Shown in pieces: positions 27,327-36,691 of a stretch of 64,000 bases of DNA (its first letter is position 1; every line of letters starts with the position of its first letter). The stretch is taken from assembly GCA_964654385.1 (NCBI GenBank), contig CAZZIV010000001.1, positions 935 through 64,934 on the forward strand, written 5' to 3'. The notes below the pieces were generated by a model. The model did no database searches. It had not been told where the DNA came from and saw nothing but the letters and a program-made list of their open reading frames with translations. The translations under genes and the position numbers were made by a program. This DNA comes from an uncultured Acidobacteriota bacterium (GTDB lineage Bacteria > Acidobacteriota > Polarisedimenticolia > Polarisedimenticolales > Polarisedimenticolaceae).

Positions 27327-28217
27327 TTGAAGCGTTTCTGTGCCGTTCTTCTCGTCCTTATGACTCCGGTCCTGTCCGAAGCCGTCCCCGATCGGCCGCG
27401 TGCGGATCCGCAGGATCGTTGGCTGGAATGGTGCGCCACTGCTCCCGAAGTTGTCGTCGCGAAAATTTTGGGGAAAGAGGGCCGTTCGATCATCGCCGTG
27501 ACCGAGAAAACCCTGAAGGGCGGGAGACATCCGGGAGAGGAGTTTCGGATCGACCTGCGGAAGGCGAACCGGGAGCGGATGTCCCACGAAGCGGTGCTTC
27601 GGCTGCTTCATGGAGAATCGTATCTGCTGTTGTTGGAACCTGCCGAACAGGGAAAGAAGAAACTTCCCGTGTACTACCTGGTCCGCGGAGTTCAGGGCGC
27701 GCGAAGACTGCCTGCGGAAGGCGCGGAAGGGGTCCTGGGCGCTCTACGGGCTTTTATCGACCTACACCGGATCGAGGATTACGATCGTCTCTGGAAGCGG
27801 CAGGCGGCGCTCCTGGAGTCGACCAATCCTCTCGTTCTCCAGGAGATCCTGGCCCAGTTCATCAAGTTTCGCCGGGGTGGACCTGCGGTAGCCCCTGCGG
27901 TCCTTCCGTTGACGGCTCATCCCAATCCGCGGATTCGAGCCGAAGCGGTCACTCTCCTTGGGCAGATCCTGGAGGATACCGGAGGGCGGCTCGCGATGGA
28001 AAATCCCGAGGTGGCGGACGAGCTGATCGCCATGGCGAAGGGAGACCCTTCGGTTCCTGTCCGTGTGGCCGCCACCGAGGCCCTGTCCCGGATTCCGGGC
28101 GAACGGCCACGGGTGGTGCTGAAAGATGTGGCGTTCAGCGACCCGGATCAATCGGTGCGCTACACGGCGCAGAAGATCCTGGTCCGGTCCAGGGAAGAGA
28201 ACGGAGAGGGGCATTGA
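27327..28217 (+). CDS. Exported HEAT-repeat protein
   Basis: 296 aa from TTG 27327, with GGAGGA 7 nt upstream. Signal peptide MKRFCAVLLVLMTPVLSEA. HEAT/PBS-lyase-like repeats (NPRIRAEAVTLLGQIL, DPSVPVRVAATEALSRI, DPDQSVRYTAQKIL). Confidence 0.75.
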   Translation: MKRFCAVLLVLMTPVLSEAVPDRPRADPQDRWLEWCATAPEVVVAKILGKEGRSIIAVTEKTLKGGRHPGEEFRIDLRKANRERMSHEAVLRLLHGESYLLLLEPAEQGKKKLPVYYLVRGVQGARRLPAEGAEGVLGALRAFIDLHRIEDYDRLWKRQAALLESTNPLVLQEILAQFIKFRRGGPAVAPAVLPLTAHPNPRIRAEAVTLLGQILEDTGGRLAMENPEVADELIAMAKGDPSVPVRVAATEALSRIPGERPRVVLKDVAFSDPDQSVRYTAQKILVRSREENGEGH

Positions 28218-28311
28218 CCCGGATCCATCGACTCCCTATGCTGGAACACCTCAGGATTCAAGGAAACGGGCAAGAGACGGAGGTCTCCCGGATGAACGGA
28301 ACGAGGTAGAG

Positions 28312-29082
28312 ATGGCGACCCATCCATTTCAGAACTTCATGGTTCGATACGGCAGCGGAGAGCGGATCTTCACCGAAAACGAACTGGCCACCACGATGTA
28401 CATCGTTCAATCCGGGAAGGTCCGGATGTTCCGGATCATCGATGACGAAAAGCGAATCCTCGGGGAAATGGAGAAGGGCGATTTCTTTGGAGAGATGTCG
28501 ATCCTGGAAGGGCTTCCCAGGACCTTTTCTGCGGAAGCGACGGAAGACGTGGAGTTGATCGAAATCAACTCGATGACCTTCGACAAGATGATCAAGGGAA
28601 ATATCGAAATCGCGATCCGTATGCTGCGAAAACTCTCCATCCGGTGCCGCGAAATGGAACGCCGCCTCATGGAGATCCAGCCTGGAGCGGAGAGAACCGC
28701 CGTGCCTTCCAGGCCGGCTCGGGCACCGAAGTCGGCGCCGCTCCCCGATGCGGCCTCCGGTCCCCGCATGGTGGAGGAGACCGACGGAACGCCGGTGGTT
28801 TTTTCGGTCGCCGAAAACAATACCCTGATCGGCCGGTATGATCCGGTCACCGAAATGAGGCCGGACGTGGATCTCACCCGGCTGGATCTGAAGCGGAGCG
28901 TATCCCGCCGCCATGCCCTGCTGCTCCGGGCGGACGACGGCTACACACTGACCGAAGAAGTCGGCGCTCTCAACGGAACCTTCGTCAACGGGGAACGACT
29001 GGTGACCGGGAACCCGCACCCTCTCAACGACGGCGACCTTCTCTGCTTCGGGATGGTCAAGCTGGTCTTCCACGAAAAATGA
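28312..29082 (+). CDS. Cyclic-nucleotide-binding domain + FHA domain protein
   Basis: 256 aa from the ATG at 28312. CAP_ED-like N-terminus (FFGEMSILEGLPRTFSAEA phosphate-binding cassette). C-terminal FHA domain (LIGRYDP...SVSRRHALL...NGTFVNGERL...GDLLCFGMVKLVF). Confidence 0.85.
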   Translation: MATHPFQNFMVRYGSGERIFTENELATTMYIVQSGKVRMFRIIDDEKRILGEMEKGDFFGEMSILEGLPRTFSAEATEDVELIEINSMTFDKMIKGNIEIAIRMLRKLSIRCREMERRLMEIQPGAERTAVPSRPARAPKSAPLPDAASGPRMVEETDGTPVVFSVAENNTLIGRYDPVTEMRPDVDLTRLDLKRSVSRRHALLLRADDGYTLTEEVGALNGTFVNGERLVTGNPHPLNDGDLLCFGMVKLVFHEK

Positions 29083-29651
29083 TCCGGCGCCGAACGATCG
29101 CCGGCTTTCTCGGAGCGGCCTTCGCGGCCGGCATGTTCGTGGGGATCCTACCGGAGGTGCAGGCCGGTGGGTTTGGGAAGACTCCCGGGACATTGAATGT
29201 CCAGGTGATCTACGACACGAACGGAGGCCCGGAACGGTTTCGCGCCGATCTACAGGACGACCTGGTGCGGGAGCTCGATTTCCGGGAATGCTTCGAACGC
29301 GTCGTTTCCGCCACTGCGTTCGAGCCGTCGAAGATCGTGTTCCGGGTGACCTTGGCCGCGCCGCTGGAGGAGCAGGAAAACAGTCTTTCCATTCACGAGA
29401 GCATCCGGGCCCGGGCCGAGACCGGCGAGGATACCGCGACCTACTCGATCCGCCTGGACTCCTCCCTGGAACTGTTCGCTCCGGGGAAAAGCCTTCCTGT
29501 GGCCTCAACCCGGTTGAACAAGCGGGTCCGCTACCGGCCCCAATTCGGATGGGAGGACGGGAGCCTTCAGGCGAGAACGGATCTACTGCGGGTGTACGTG
29601 CAGCATGCCGCCAACTGGGTCTGCAAAAAGGGGAAGAAAAAGCTCCGTTGA
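29079..29651 (+). CDS. Hypothetical exported protein
   Basis: 190-aa ORF whose ATG at 29079 overlaps the upstream stop (ATGA). Signal-peptide-like N-terminus (RRRTIAGFLGAAFAAGMFVGILPEVQA). No family recognised. Confidence 0.6.
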   Translation: MIRRRTIAGFLGAAFAAGMFVGILPEVQAGGFGKTPGTLNVQVIYDTNGGPERFRADLQDDLVRELDFRECFERVVSATAFEPSKIVFRVTLAAPLEEQENSLSIHESIRARAETGEDTATYSIRLDSSLELFAPGKSLPVASTRLNKRVRYRPQFGWEDGSLQARTDLLRVYVQHAANWVCKKGKKKLR

Positions 29652-29759
29652 GGCGGTTCGATTGACCGTCCCCAGGCTCCATGTTAAAGTTTCGGTCCTC
29701 AAACCCGTCGTCGGCGAGAAGCCGCACCGGGCGGTTCATCTCGAGGGACTCCTGAGACC

Positions 29760-30554
29760 ATGACCACAGAATCAACGGCCGGATCGGCTCCGGCCACCGA
29801 GAAGACGGACGATTCCAGCGGTTACCGGGTCCGGGTCGGGGAATTCGACGGTCCGCTGGATCTGCTTCTGCATCTCGTCCGGGTCAACGAAATCGACTTG
29901 ACCGAACTTCCGATCGTAAAGATTACGGAACAATACAACGAGTACCTGGCGATGATGCGCGAGATGAACCTGGAGATCGCAGGGGAATACTTGGTTATGG
30001 CCGCCACCCTGATGCACATCAAATCCCAAATGCTTCTTCCGGCCGACCCGGAAGGAGAGGAAGAGAACGCCGAGGACCCGCGGGCCGAGTTGACCCAGCA
30101 ACTCCTGGATTACGAGAAATACAAGCAGGCGACCGAAAATCTTGAGGCGATGGATAATCGGCGGAGCCTGATCTGGGTCCGGGAAGATGCGGTGGCGGAG
30201 GAATTCGCCGGTGAGGAGCTGTTGACCGTCGATCTGTTCGACCTGATCTCTTCGTTCAAGAAGCTCCTGGGCCGGTTGGATGAAGAATCCAGGCTGAAAA
30301 TGAAAAAGGATCATGCTTCCGTGGCGGACAAGATCGCCTGGATCACCGATCTCCTGGAAGAGAAGCCGTCCCTATCATTGCAGGTCCTGCTCGAGACCCT
30401 GGAAGTAAGACAGGAAAAGATCGCCGCGTTCCTCGCCATCCTGGAGATGATGCGCCTGCAATGGATCATCGTCTACCAGCGGAAGCTCGCCGGCGATATA
30501 CGGATCGCAAGGGCGGCGGATCTGGCGGCGGCTCATGATCCGCAAGGAGAATAA
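29760..30554 (+). CDS. scpA: Segregation and condensation protein A
   Basis: 264-aa ORF with the ScpA N-terminal motif FDGPLDLLLHLVRVNEIDLTELPI. Followed by scpB. Confidence 0.92.
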   Translation: MTTESTAGSAPATEKTDDSSGYRVRVGEFDGPLDLLLHLVRVNEIDLTELPIVKITEQYNEYLAMMREMNLEIAGEYLVMAATLMHIKSQMLLPADPEGEEENAEDPRAELTQQLLDYEKYKQATENLEAMDNRRSLIWVREDAVAEEFAGEELLTVDLFDLISSFKKLLGRLDEESRLKMKKDHASVADKIAWITDLLEEKPSLSLQVLLETLEVRQEKIAAFLAILEMMRLQWIIVYQRKLAGDIRIARAADLAAAHDPQGE

Positions 30555-30557
30555 CCT

Positions 30558-31160
30558 GTGACGGAACACCGATCCGATCGACCCCCGCAAGAGAAGCTCG
30601 CCTCCACGCTGGAGGCGATCCTTTTCGCCTCCGGCGAACCGGTCTCCTCCTCCAGCCTCGGAGAGGCACTGGGAGGAATCGAGCCCGTAGAAATCGAAAC
30701 GGCGCTGGAGGAACTTACGGAGCGGTACGCACAAGACCCGGGTGGCCTCCTGATCGAGAAGGTGGCAGGCGGTTACAGAATCGCCACACGGTCCGGGGTC
30801 GGAGCCTGGGTCCGCCGTTATTTCCGGAACAGGAATCGAACCCGGCTGACACCGGCGACCCTGGAAGTCCTGGCGATCGTCGCCTACCGCCAGCCGGTGA
30901 CCGCGCCGGAAATACACGCGATCCGGCAGCGGGATCCGACCTACGGACTGAAGGTCCTCCTGGAGAAGCGTCTGATCCGGATCATGGGCCGGAAAAAAGT
31001 GCTCGGGAACCCCCTTCTCTACGGTACATCGAAACACTTCCTGGTCCATTTCGGTCTGGACTCCCTGAAGGATCTGCCTTCCATCGAAGAGTTCGACGCT
31101 TTCGTCGAAAACTTGAACGAGAGCGCTTCACCTCCGCCGGGTCCGGACGGAGCGGACTGA
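30558..31160 (+). CDS. scpB: Segregation and condensation protein B
   Basis: 200-aa ORF (GTG start) with tandem winged-helix ScpB motifs (LEAILFASGEPVS, LEVLAIVAYRQPVT). Confidence 0.9.
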   Translation: MTEHRSDRPPQEKLASTLEAILFASGEPVSSSSLGEALGGIEPVEIETALEELTERYAQDPGGLLIEKVAGGYRIATRSGVGAWVRRYFRNRNRTRLTPATLEVLAIVAYRQPVTAPEIHAIRQRDPTYGLKVLLEKRLIRIMGRKKVLGNPLLYGTSKHFLVHFGLDSLKDLPSIEEFDAFVENLNESASPPPGPDGAD

Positions 31161-31169
31161 GGTTTCGCC

Positions 31170-31934
31170 TTGGAACGTCTCCAGAAATTCCTGGCGGGTG
31201 CCGGCGTTTGCTCCCGCCGAACCGCCGAGGATATGATCCTCGCCGGTCGGGTAACCGTGAACGGCGCCAGGGTCACTCGCATGGGAACCCAGGTCGACCC
31301 GGAACGGGACGCGGTGAAAGTAGACGGCAAACGGATTCGTCCCACACCGGGTCCGTTGGTCTATTTCCTCCTGAACAAGCCTAAAGGTGTGGTCACGACG
31401 GTATCCGATCCAGAGGGACGGCCGACCGTCGCCGATTATTTTCCACGAGGGACCCCTCGACTGTTTCCGGTGGGGCGGCTGGATTTCCAGAGCGAGGGGC
31501 TGCTTCTCCTGACCAACGACGGCGCCCTTGCGAGAAAATTGACTCATCCATCCAGCAGGATCTCCAAAACGTATAAAGTCAAACTGCGAGGGACTCCTTC
31601 TCCGCAGGCGATCCAACGCCTGGAGAAAGGGATCGTTCTGGAAAAACGAAAAACAGGCCCGGCCCGGATCCGGCAGGTGAAAAGCGGTAAAAATCCATGG
31701 TTCGAAATCCAGGTGAGCGAAGGAAGGAAACACCTGGTCCGGTTGTTGTTCGGTGACGCCGGGCACCCTGTCCTGAAGCTTCGCAGGGTCGGATTCGGCC
31801 CCCTTCATTTGGGCGCGCTCCCGGTCGGGAAAACCAGGAGGCTCACAGAGACCGAGGTGGCCGTCCTGCGCCAGGGCTCAAACCGTTCGCGCCGGGAAAA
31901 ACCGTCCGCCCCACCGCGGGCGAACCGGCCTTAA
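31170..31934 (+). CDS. rluB: Pseudouridine synthase, RsuA/RluB family
   Basis: 254-aa ORF (TTG start) with an S4 domain (RLQKFLAGAGVCSRR) and a catalytic Asp motif (VGRLDFQSEGLLLLTNDG). scpAB-rluB synteny. Confidence 0.9.
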   Translation: MERLQKFLAGAGVCSRRTAEDMILAGRVTVNGARVTRMGTQVDPERDAVKVDGKRIRPTPGPLVYFLLNKPKGVVTTVSDPEGRPTVADYFPRGTPRLFPVGRLDFQSEGLLLLTNDGALARKLTHPSSRISKTYKVKLRGTPSPQAIQRLEKGIVLEKRKTGPARIRQVKSGKNPWFEIQVSEGRKHLVRLLFGDAGHPVLKLRRVGFGPLHLGALPVGKTRRLTETEVAVLRQGSNRSRREKPSAPPRANRP

Positions 31935-31958
31935 TTCCCTGAAAACGAAGAGCTTCTA

Positions 31959-31987
31959 TTGACATCCCCACATCCATTCAATAGGAT
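31959..31987 (+). promoter_or_regulatory. Candidate sigma-70 promoter for rpsA
   Basis: -35 TTGACA (31959-31964), 17-nt spacer, -10 TAGGAT (31982-31987). The ~115-nt leader contains the hairpin CCCTCG (32024-32029) / CGAGGG (32041-32046). Eye prediction only. Confidence 0.45.
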
Positions 31988-32108
31988 AAACGTTTTGCCG
32001 GCGAGGTGATCAACGTCCGGCGGCCCTCGAAGACGATCGACGAGGGAGAAACGAGTCCTCCGTCTCAAAAATCACCGACCCGAACACGGACGAACAGGAA
32101 TCAGACCC

Positions 32109-34127
32109 ATGTCAACCGATCAGGAAACCAAGAACACCAACGAAGAAACTCTCGAGGCTGCGGCCGCAGAAGAAACAGCGGCGCCGACCGGGGGAGAGGA
32201 CGCCTCTGAGACCGCCGGGTCCCAGGAACCGGCCCAGGAAACCGGCGAATCCGCTCCTGCCCCGGATGCGGAAACCCCGGATACCCAGGAGGCGGCCGAA
32301 GAAGAAGAGGAACAGGACTTCGGCGCCGTATACGAGGCATGGGAAACCAGCCAGCCGACCTTGAAGCCGGGTGCCGTCGTGACCGGCACGATCATGGCAA
32401 TCCTCGAAAAGGAAGTGATCGTCGATATCGGGTACAAGTCGGAAGGGATCATCAGCCTTTCCGAATTCCGGAACGTCTCAGGCGAATCAGAGGCGAAAGT
32501 CGGAGACAAGGTGGATGTCCTTCTGGAGAAGACGGAAGACGCCCAGGGATACGTGGTTCTCTCCAAGGAGAAGGCGGAGAGGATGAAGGTCTGGGATGCG
32601 GTAGAAGCGGCGTACGAGTCCGGAGAACCGATTCTGGGCCGCGTGGTGGACAGGATCAAAGGGGGATTGAAGGTCGATATCGGGCTCCCGGCGTTCCTTC
32701 CCGGCTCCCTGGTGGATATCCGGCCGGTGCGGAATCTCGAGAGCCTGAGGGGGCAGGAATTCCGGATGCGGGTCATTAAGGTCAACAAACGCCGCGGCAA
32801 TATCGTCCTTTCCAGAAAAGCGATCATGGAAGAGGAAAACGCGGAGAAGAAAACCAAAACCCTGGAGGAACTGGAAGAAGGGAAAATCATCCGGGGCGTG
32901 GTCAAGAATCTCACCGAGTACGGAGCGTTCGTGGATCTCGGGGGAATCGACGGTCTGCTTCATATTACCGATATGTCCTGGGGGCGGATCAGCCATCCTT
33001 CCGAAAAGTTCAGGATCGGAGATGAAGTCGATGTCATCGTCCTGAAGTTCGACCGGGAGCGGGAGCGGGTGTCCCTTGGATTCAAACAGCTCCAGGATGA
33101 TCCCTGGGAGGGCGCGGTGGCCAAGTATCCACCTTCCACCCGGGTTCGCGGCAAGGTGGTCAGCCTGACCGATTACGGCGCCTTCATCGAGGTGGAGGAG
33201 GGAGTCGAAGGGCTGGTTCACGTTTCGGAAATGTCCTGGACCAAGAGGGTCAAACATCCTTCCAAGGTCCTGAACGTAGATGATTGGGTAGAGGCGATGG
33301 TTCTGGAGATCGACCAGGAATCCCGGCGCCTCTCCTTGGGGTTGAAGCAGACCGAACCGAACCCCTGGGACATGATCAATACCAAGTACAGGATCGGAGA
33401 CGTCCTGACCGGGACCGTTCGGAACATCACCGACTTCGGTGCCTTCATCGAGGTAGAAGAAGGGATCGACGGCTTGGTCCATATTTCGGACCTCTCCTGG
33501 AACACCCGTGTGAAACATCCGAACGAAGTTCTGAACAAGGGAGACGAGGTTAAAGCGGTCATCCTCAAGATCGATTCGGAAAATCAGAGACTGTCCCTGG
33601 GGATCAAGCAACTTCAGCCGAACGCCCTGGAAGACTTCTTCAGCAGCCAGAACGTCGGAACGGTTCTGCCCGGGAAAATCGTCCGGTTGACCGAGTTCGG
33701 AGCGTTCGTCGAGCTGTTCGAAGGGGTGGAAGGACTGGTTCATGTCTCCGAAATGTCCAAGGACAGGATCGAGAAACCGGAAGATGCTTTCCAGGTCGAC
33801 CAGAAGGTGATGGTGAAAATCATCAAGCTGGATCCTGTGGAACGGAAAATCGGCCTCTCCATCAAGGACGCCGAGCATGCAGGAGACTACGGCGAATACG
33901 GCTCCGATTCGTCCGAGTCGAGCGGCGCCACCCTGGGAGATCTGAAAAGCGCCGAACTGTTGAACGCTCTCCGGAAGACTCCGGCCGCCGAGGAAGAATC
34001 GGGCGAAGCGCCTTCGGAGGAGGAACAGACCGAATCGGCCGACGGGCCGACTGAAGCGAAAGCCGGGGAAACCGTGGAGAGTGAGAGCCAGGACGGCGGC
34101 GGCGAAGAAGAAACGAAAACGGAATAG
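32109..34127 (+). CDS. rpsA: 30S ribosomal protein S1 with acidic N- and C-terminal extensions
   Basis: 672-aa ORF with six S1 (OB-fold) repeats, e.g. GVVKNLTEYGAFVDLGGIDGLLHITD, GKVVSLTDYGAFIEVEEGVEGLVHVSE and GTVRNITDFGAFIEVEEGIDGLVHISD. These are flanked by E/A/T-rich tails. Confidence 0.96.
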   Translation: MSTDQETKNTNEETLEAAAAEETAAPTGGEDASETAGSQEPAQETGESAPAPDAETPDTQEAAEEEEEQDFGAVYEAWETSQPTLKPGAVVTGTIMAILEKEVIVDIGYKSEGIISLSEFRNVSGESEAKVGDKVDVLLEKTEDAQGYVVLSKEKAERMKVWDAVEAAYESGEPILGRVVDRIKGGLKVDIGLPAFLPGSLVDIRPVRNLESLRGQEFRMRVIKVNKRRGNIVLSRKAIMEEENAEKKTKTLEELEEGKIIRGVVKNLTEYGAFVDLGGIDGLLHITDMSWGRISHPSEKFRIGDEVDVIVLKFDRERERVSLGFKQLQDDPWEGAVAKYPPSTRVRGKVVSLTDYGAFIEVEEGVEGLVHVSEMSWTKRVKHPSKVLNVDDWVEAMVLEIDQESRRLSLGLKQTEPNPWDMINTKYRIGDVLTGTVRNITDFGAFIEVEEGIDGLVHISDLSWNTRVKHPNEVLNKGDEVKAVILKIDSENQRLSLGIKQLQPNALEDFFSSQNVGTVLPGKIVRLTEFGAFVELFEGVEGLVHVSEMSKDRIEKPEDAFQVDQKVMVKIIKLDPVERKIGLSIKDAEHAGDYGEYGSDSSESSGATLGDLKSAELLNALRKTPAAEEESGEAPSEEEQTESADGPTEAKAGETVESESQDGGGEEETKTE

Positions 34128-34193
34128 CCTTCGATACGCATGCGGGGAGGACGGTTCGAGATGCCGCATCTCCTGCGAGAGGGGAGAAGAAGA

Positions 34194-34511
34194 ATGACGA
34201 AAGCCGACCTGGTGGAGGAGGTGGTTGGAGCCTGCGCGCTAAGCAAGCGCGATGCGGAAGTGATCGTGAACACGGTATTTTCCTCCATTATCGGCGCATT
34301 GGAAAACGACGACAAGATCGAACTGCGGGGCTTCGGCAGCTTCCGGGTGCGCAGGCGACGGCCCCGCCAGGGAAGAAACCCGAAAACCGGGGCCCAGGTG
34401 GAAGTCCCGGAAAAGAGGATTCCCTACTTTAAACCGGGCAAGGAACTCAAGGACCTGATCAATATGGCGTCGAACGAATCGTCGCAGGCCGCTCCCGGGA
34501 ACGAACCGTAA
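34194..34511 (+). CDS. ihfB: Integration host factor beta-like (HU/IHF family) protein
   Basis: 105 aa from the ATG at 34194 (MTKADLVEEV...). Contains RGFGSFRV and GRNPKTGAQVEVP. Classical rpsA-ihfB synteny supports the call. The alpha versus beta assignment is inference. Confidence 0.85.
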   Translation: MTKADLVEEVVGACALSKRDAEVIVNTVFSSIIGALENDDKIELRGFGSFRVRRRRPRQGRNPKTGAQVEVPEKRIPYFKPGKELKDLINMASNESSQAAPGNEP

Positions 34512-34523
34512 CCGACGCTGAAC

Positions 34524-35930
34524 ATGAAACGAACAGGGAACCGTACCGGACTCCTCCCGGAGGATTCAATCGTAGCGCGGACCGGCCCCGGCTTCTCCGG
34601 CACCTACCGGATCGAGACCTGGGGTTGCCAGATGAACGTTCACGACACGGAAAAACTGGCCGGCAACCTGGAAGAGGCCGGCTACCTGGAAGCGGCCACC
34701 GTTCAGGACGCCGACGTGGTTCTGCTGAACACCTGCTCCATCCGGGAGAAAGCGGCGGAAAAGGTTTTCTCGGAACTCGGGCGTCTCCGCCTGCTCAAGC
34801 GAAAACGTCCGGGAATGATTCTCGGCGTTTGCGGGTGCGTGGGTCAACAGGAAGGGGAGGAGATCTTCCGCAGGGCACCGTACGTCGATCTGGTGATCGG
34901 CCCCCGGGCCACCGCCTCCCTGCCCACTCTGCTGGAAAGGGTTCAACAGGGTGAAACCGGCGTACACCTTCGAGTGGATACCACCTTGGGTCGCGATTCC
35001 ATCGAGTTCCCGTTTGAAAAAATACGAAGGGAAGGTCTGGGCACCGGCAAGGCTTTCGTGACCATCATCGAAGGTTGCAACCACAGGTGCACCTTTTGCA
35101 TCGTACCGACCACCCGCGGCCGGGAAATCTGCAGAGACCAGGAGGATATCCTCGCCGAAGTCCGCTCTCTCGCCGGACGGGGGGTCCTGGAGATCGAGTT
35201 TCTTGGGCAGACCGTCAACGCTTACCGGGATCGGAAGGGGAGAACCCTGGCCGACCTTCTCCGGGAAGCTTCCTGCGTCGATCGGATCGAGCGGATACGA
35301 TTCACTACCTCCCACCCATCCCAAATGACCCCGGACCTGATCGAGGCGATGGGGGAACCCGGCACCAAAGTGATGCCGTTCCTGAATCTTCCCGTCCAGT
35401 CCGGATCCGATTCGGTGCTGAAGGATATGCGCAGGGGATACGATCGCGCCGGTTACCTTCGTGTTCTCGAAACTCTCCGCGAAAAAGTACCCGGAATCCA
35501 TCTCGGTACCGACATCATCGTAGGTTTCCCGACCGAGCGCGCTTCCGATTTCCAGGAGACGCTCTCTCTCCTGGAAAAGGTCCGCTTCGTCAGTTGCTAC
35601 AGCTTCACCTATTCCCCCAGGCCGGGCACGGCTGCCGAAGCGTTTCATGACCGGGTCGGGGACCGTGAGCGGCAGGCCCGTCTCGTCCGCCTCCAGGCCC
35701 TGCAGAAAGAGATCCAGGCAGACCTCCACAAGGCCTGGGAAGGGAAACGGGTCGAGGTTCTGGTGGAAGGGCCCAGCCGGAAAAACCCGGGGAGATGGAC
35801 CGGCAGGACTCGGGAGAATCGGATCGTCAATTTTTCGGGGAAGGGGGAACCGGGCCGGATGGCGAAGGTCCTGGTGGAATCCTCCACCGCCTACGCCCTG
35901 GCGGGCAGAAAGATCCCGGCCACACCTTGA
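34524..35930 (+). CDS. miaB: tRNA-2-methylthio-N6-dimethylallyladenosine synthase
   Basis: 468-aa ORF with the UPF0004 N-terminus (TWGCQMNVHDTE), a radical-SAM cluster (CNHRCTFCIVP) and a TRAM C-terminus. Confidence 0.93.
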   Translation: MKRTGNRTGLLPEDSIVARTGPGFSGTYRIETWGCQMNVHDTEKLAGNLEEAGYLEAATVQDADVVLLNTCSIREKAAEKVFSELGRLRLLKRKRPGMILGVCGCVGQQEGEEIFRRAPYVDLVIGPRATASLPTLLERVQQGETGVHLRVDTTLGRDSIEFPFEKIRREGLGTGKAFVTIIEGCNHRCTFCIVPTTRGREICRDQEDILAEVRSLAGRGVLEIEFLGQTVNAYRDRKGRTLADLLREASCVDRIERIRFTTSHPSQMTPDLIEAMGEPGTKVMPFLNLPVQSGSDSVLKDMRRGYDRAGYLRVLETLREKVPGIHLGTDIIVGFPTERASDFQETLSLLEKVRFVSCYSFTYSPRPGTAAEAFHDRVGDRERQARLVRLQALQKEIQADLHKAWEGKRVEVLVEGPSRKNPGRWTGRTRENRIVNFSGKGEPGRMAKVLVESSTAYALAGRKIPATP

Positions 35931-35994
35931 CCGGTTCCTTCGAAGGTATGTATATTCTCCAGGGAAGAGATTTTCCCTCCAGCGGTAAGGAAAT

Positions 35995-36483
35995 TTGATG
36001 GCACTCGATGTAAAAGTCCGCGGGTTGATGATCGATCCGGTTTCGAACATGCCGATCATCATTTTGAAAAGTGAAGATGGGGAATCGGTGCTCCCGATCT
36101 GGGTAGGCATCTTCGAGGCCAACGCCATCGCCATGGAACTGGAAAAAATCAATCCTCCCAGGCCGATGACCCACGATCTCCTGAAGAACGTGATTGATGA
36201 AGTTTCGGCCGGTCTAGAAAAGGTGGTGATCACCGAACTCCGGGACAATACCTTTTATGCCTTGATTTACCTCACCAGCGGGGGACGATCCTTGGCCATC
36301 GATTCCCGCCCCAGCGACGCCATCGCACTGGCACTCCGGTCCAGCGCACCGATCCTGATCGAAGAGCGGGTGATGGAGCAGTCATCCTCATCCGGGCAGG
36401 AACCGGCGGCAGAAGAAACGGAACGATTGCGGCACTGGCTCGAAAAAATTGACGCCGACGAGTTGGGTCGATACGAAATGTAG
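35995..36483 (+). CDS. Bifunctional nuclease (BFN/DUF151) family protein
   Basis: 162-aa ORF with start TTG 35995 or ATG 35998. BFN-like N-terminus (VRGLMIDPVSNMPIIILKSEDGESVLPIWVGIFEANAI, RPMTHDLL). Confidence 0.8.
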   Translation: MMALDVKVRGLMIDPVSNMPIIILKSEDGESVLPIWVGIFEANAIAMELEKINPPRPMTHDLLKNVIDEVSAGLEKVVITELRDNTFYALIYLTSGGRSLAIDSRPSDAIALALRSSAPILIEERVMEQSSSSGQEPAAEETERLRHWLEKIDADELGRYEM

Positions 36484-36511
36484 CCGTCTCGGCTCTGTTC
36501 CGGCTTCCTGG

Positions 36512-36540
36512 TTGACACTTTTCTTCGGTCCGGTTAAACT
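36512..36540 (+). promoter_or_regulatory. Candidate sigma-70 promoter upstream of parA
   Basis: -35 TTGACA (36512-36517), 17-nt spacer, -10 TAAACT (36535-36540). This would give a ~145-nt leader before the parA GTG. Eye prediction only. Confidence 0.4.
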
Positions 36541-36691
36541 CCAGCCGTCCACGGAACTCTCGATCCACCATATGCTGTGGATGGAAGAATCTGCGGGTGC
36601 TATATGATGCGGCTCTTTTCATGTGGGTCAAAACTCGTTCATTTGCGGAGTTGCTCTTCCCGACCATTTTGATCGGCTGCAGGGAGTAGAT

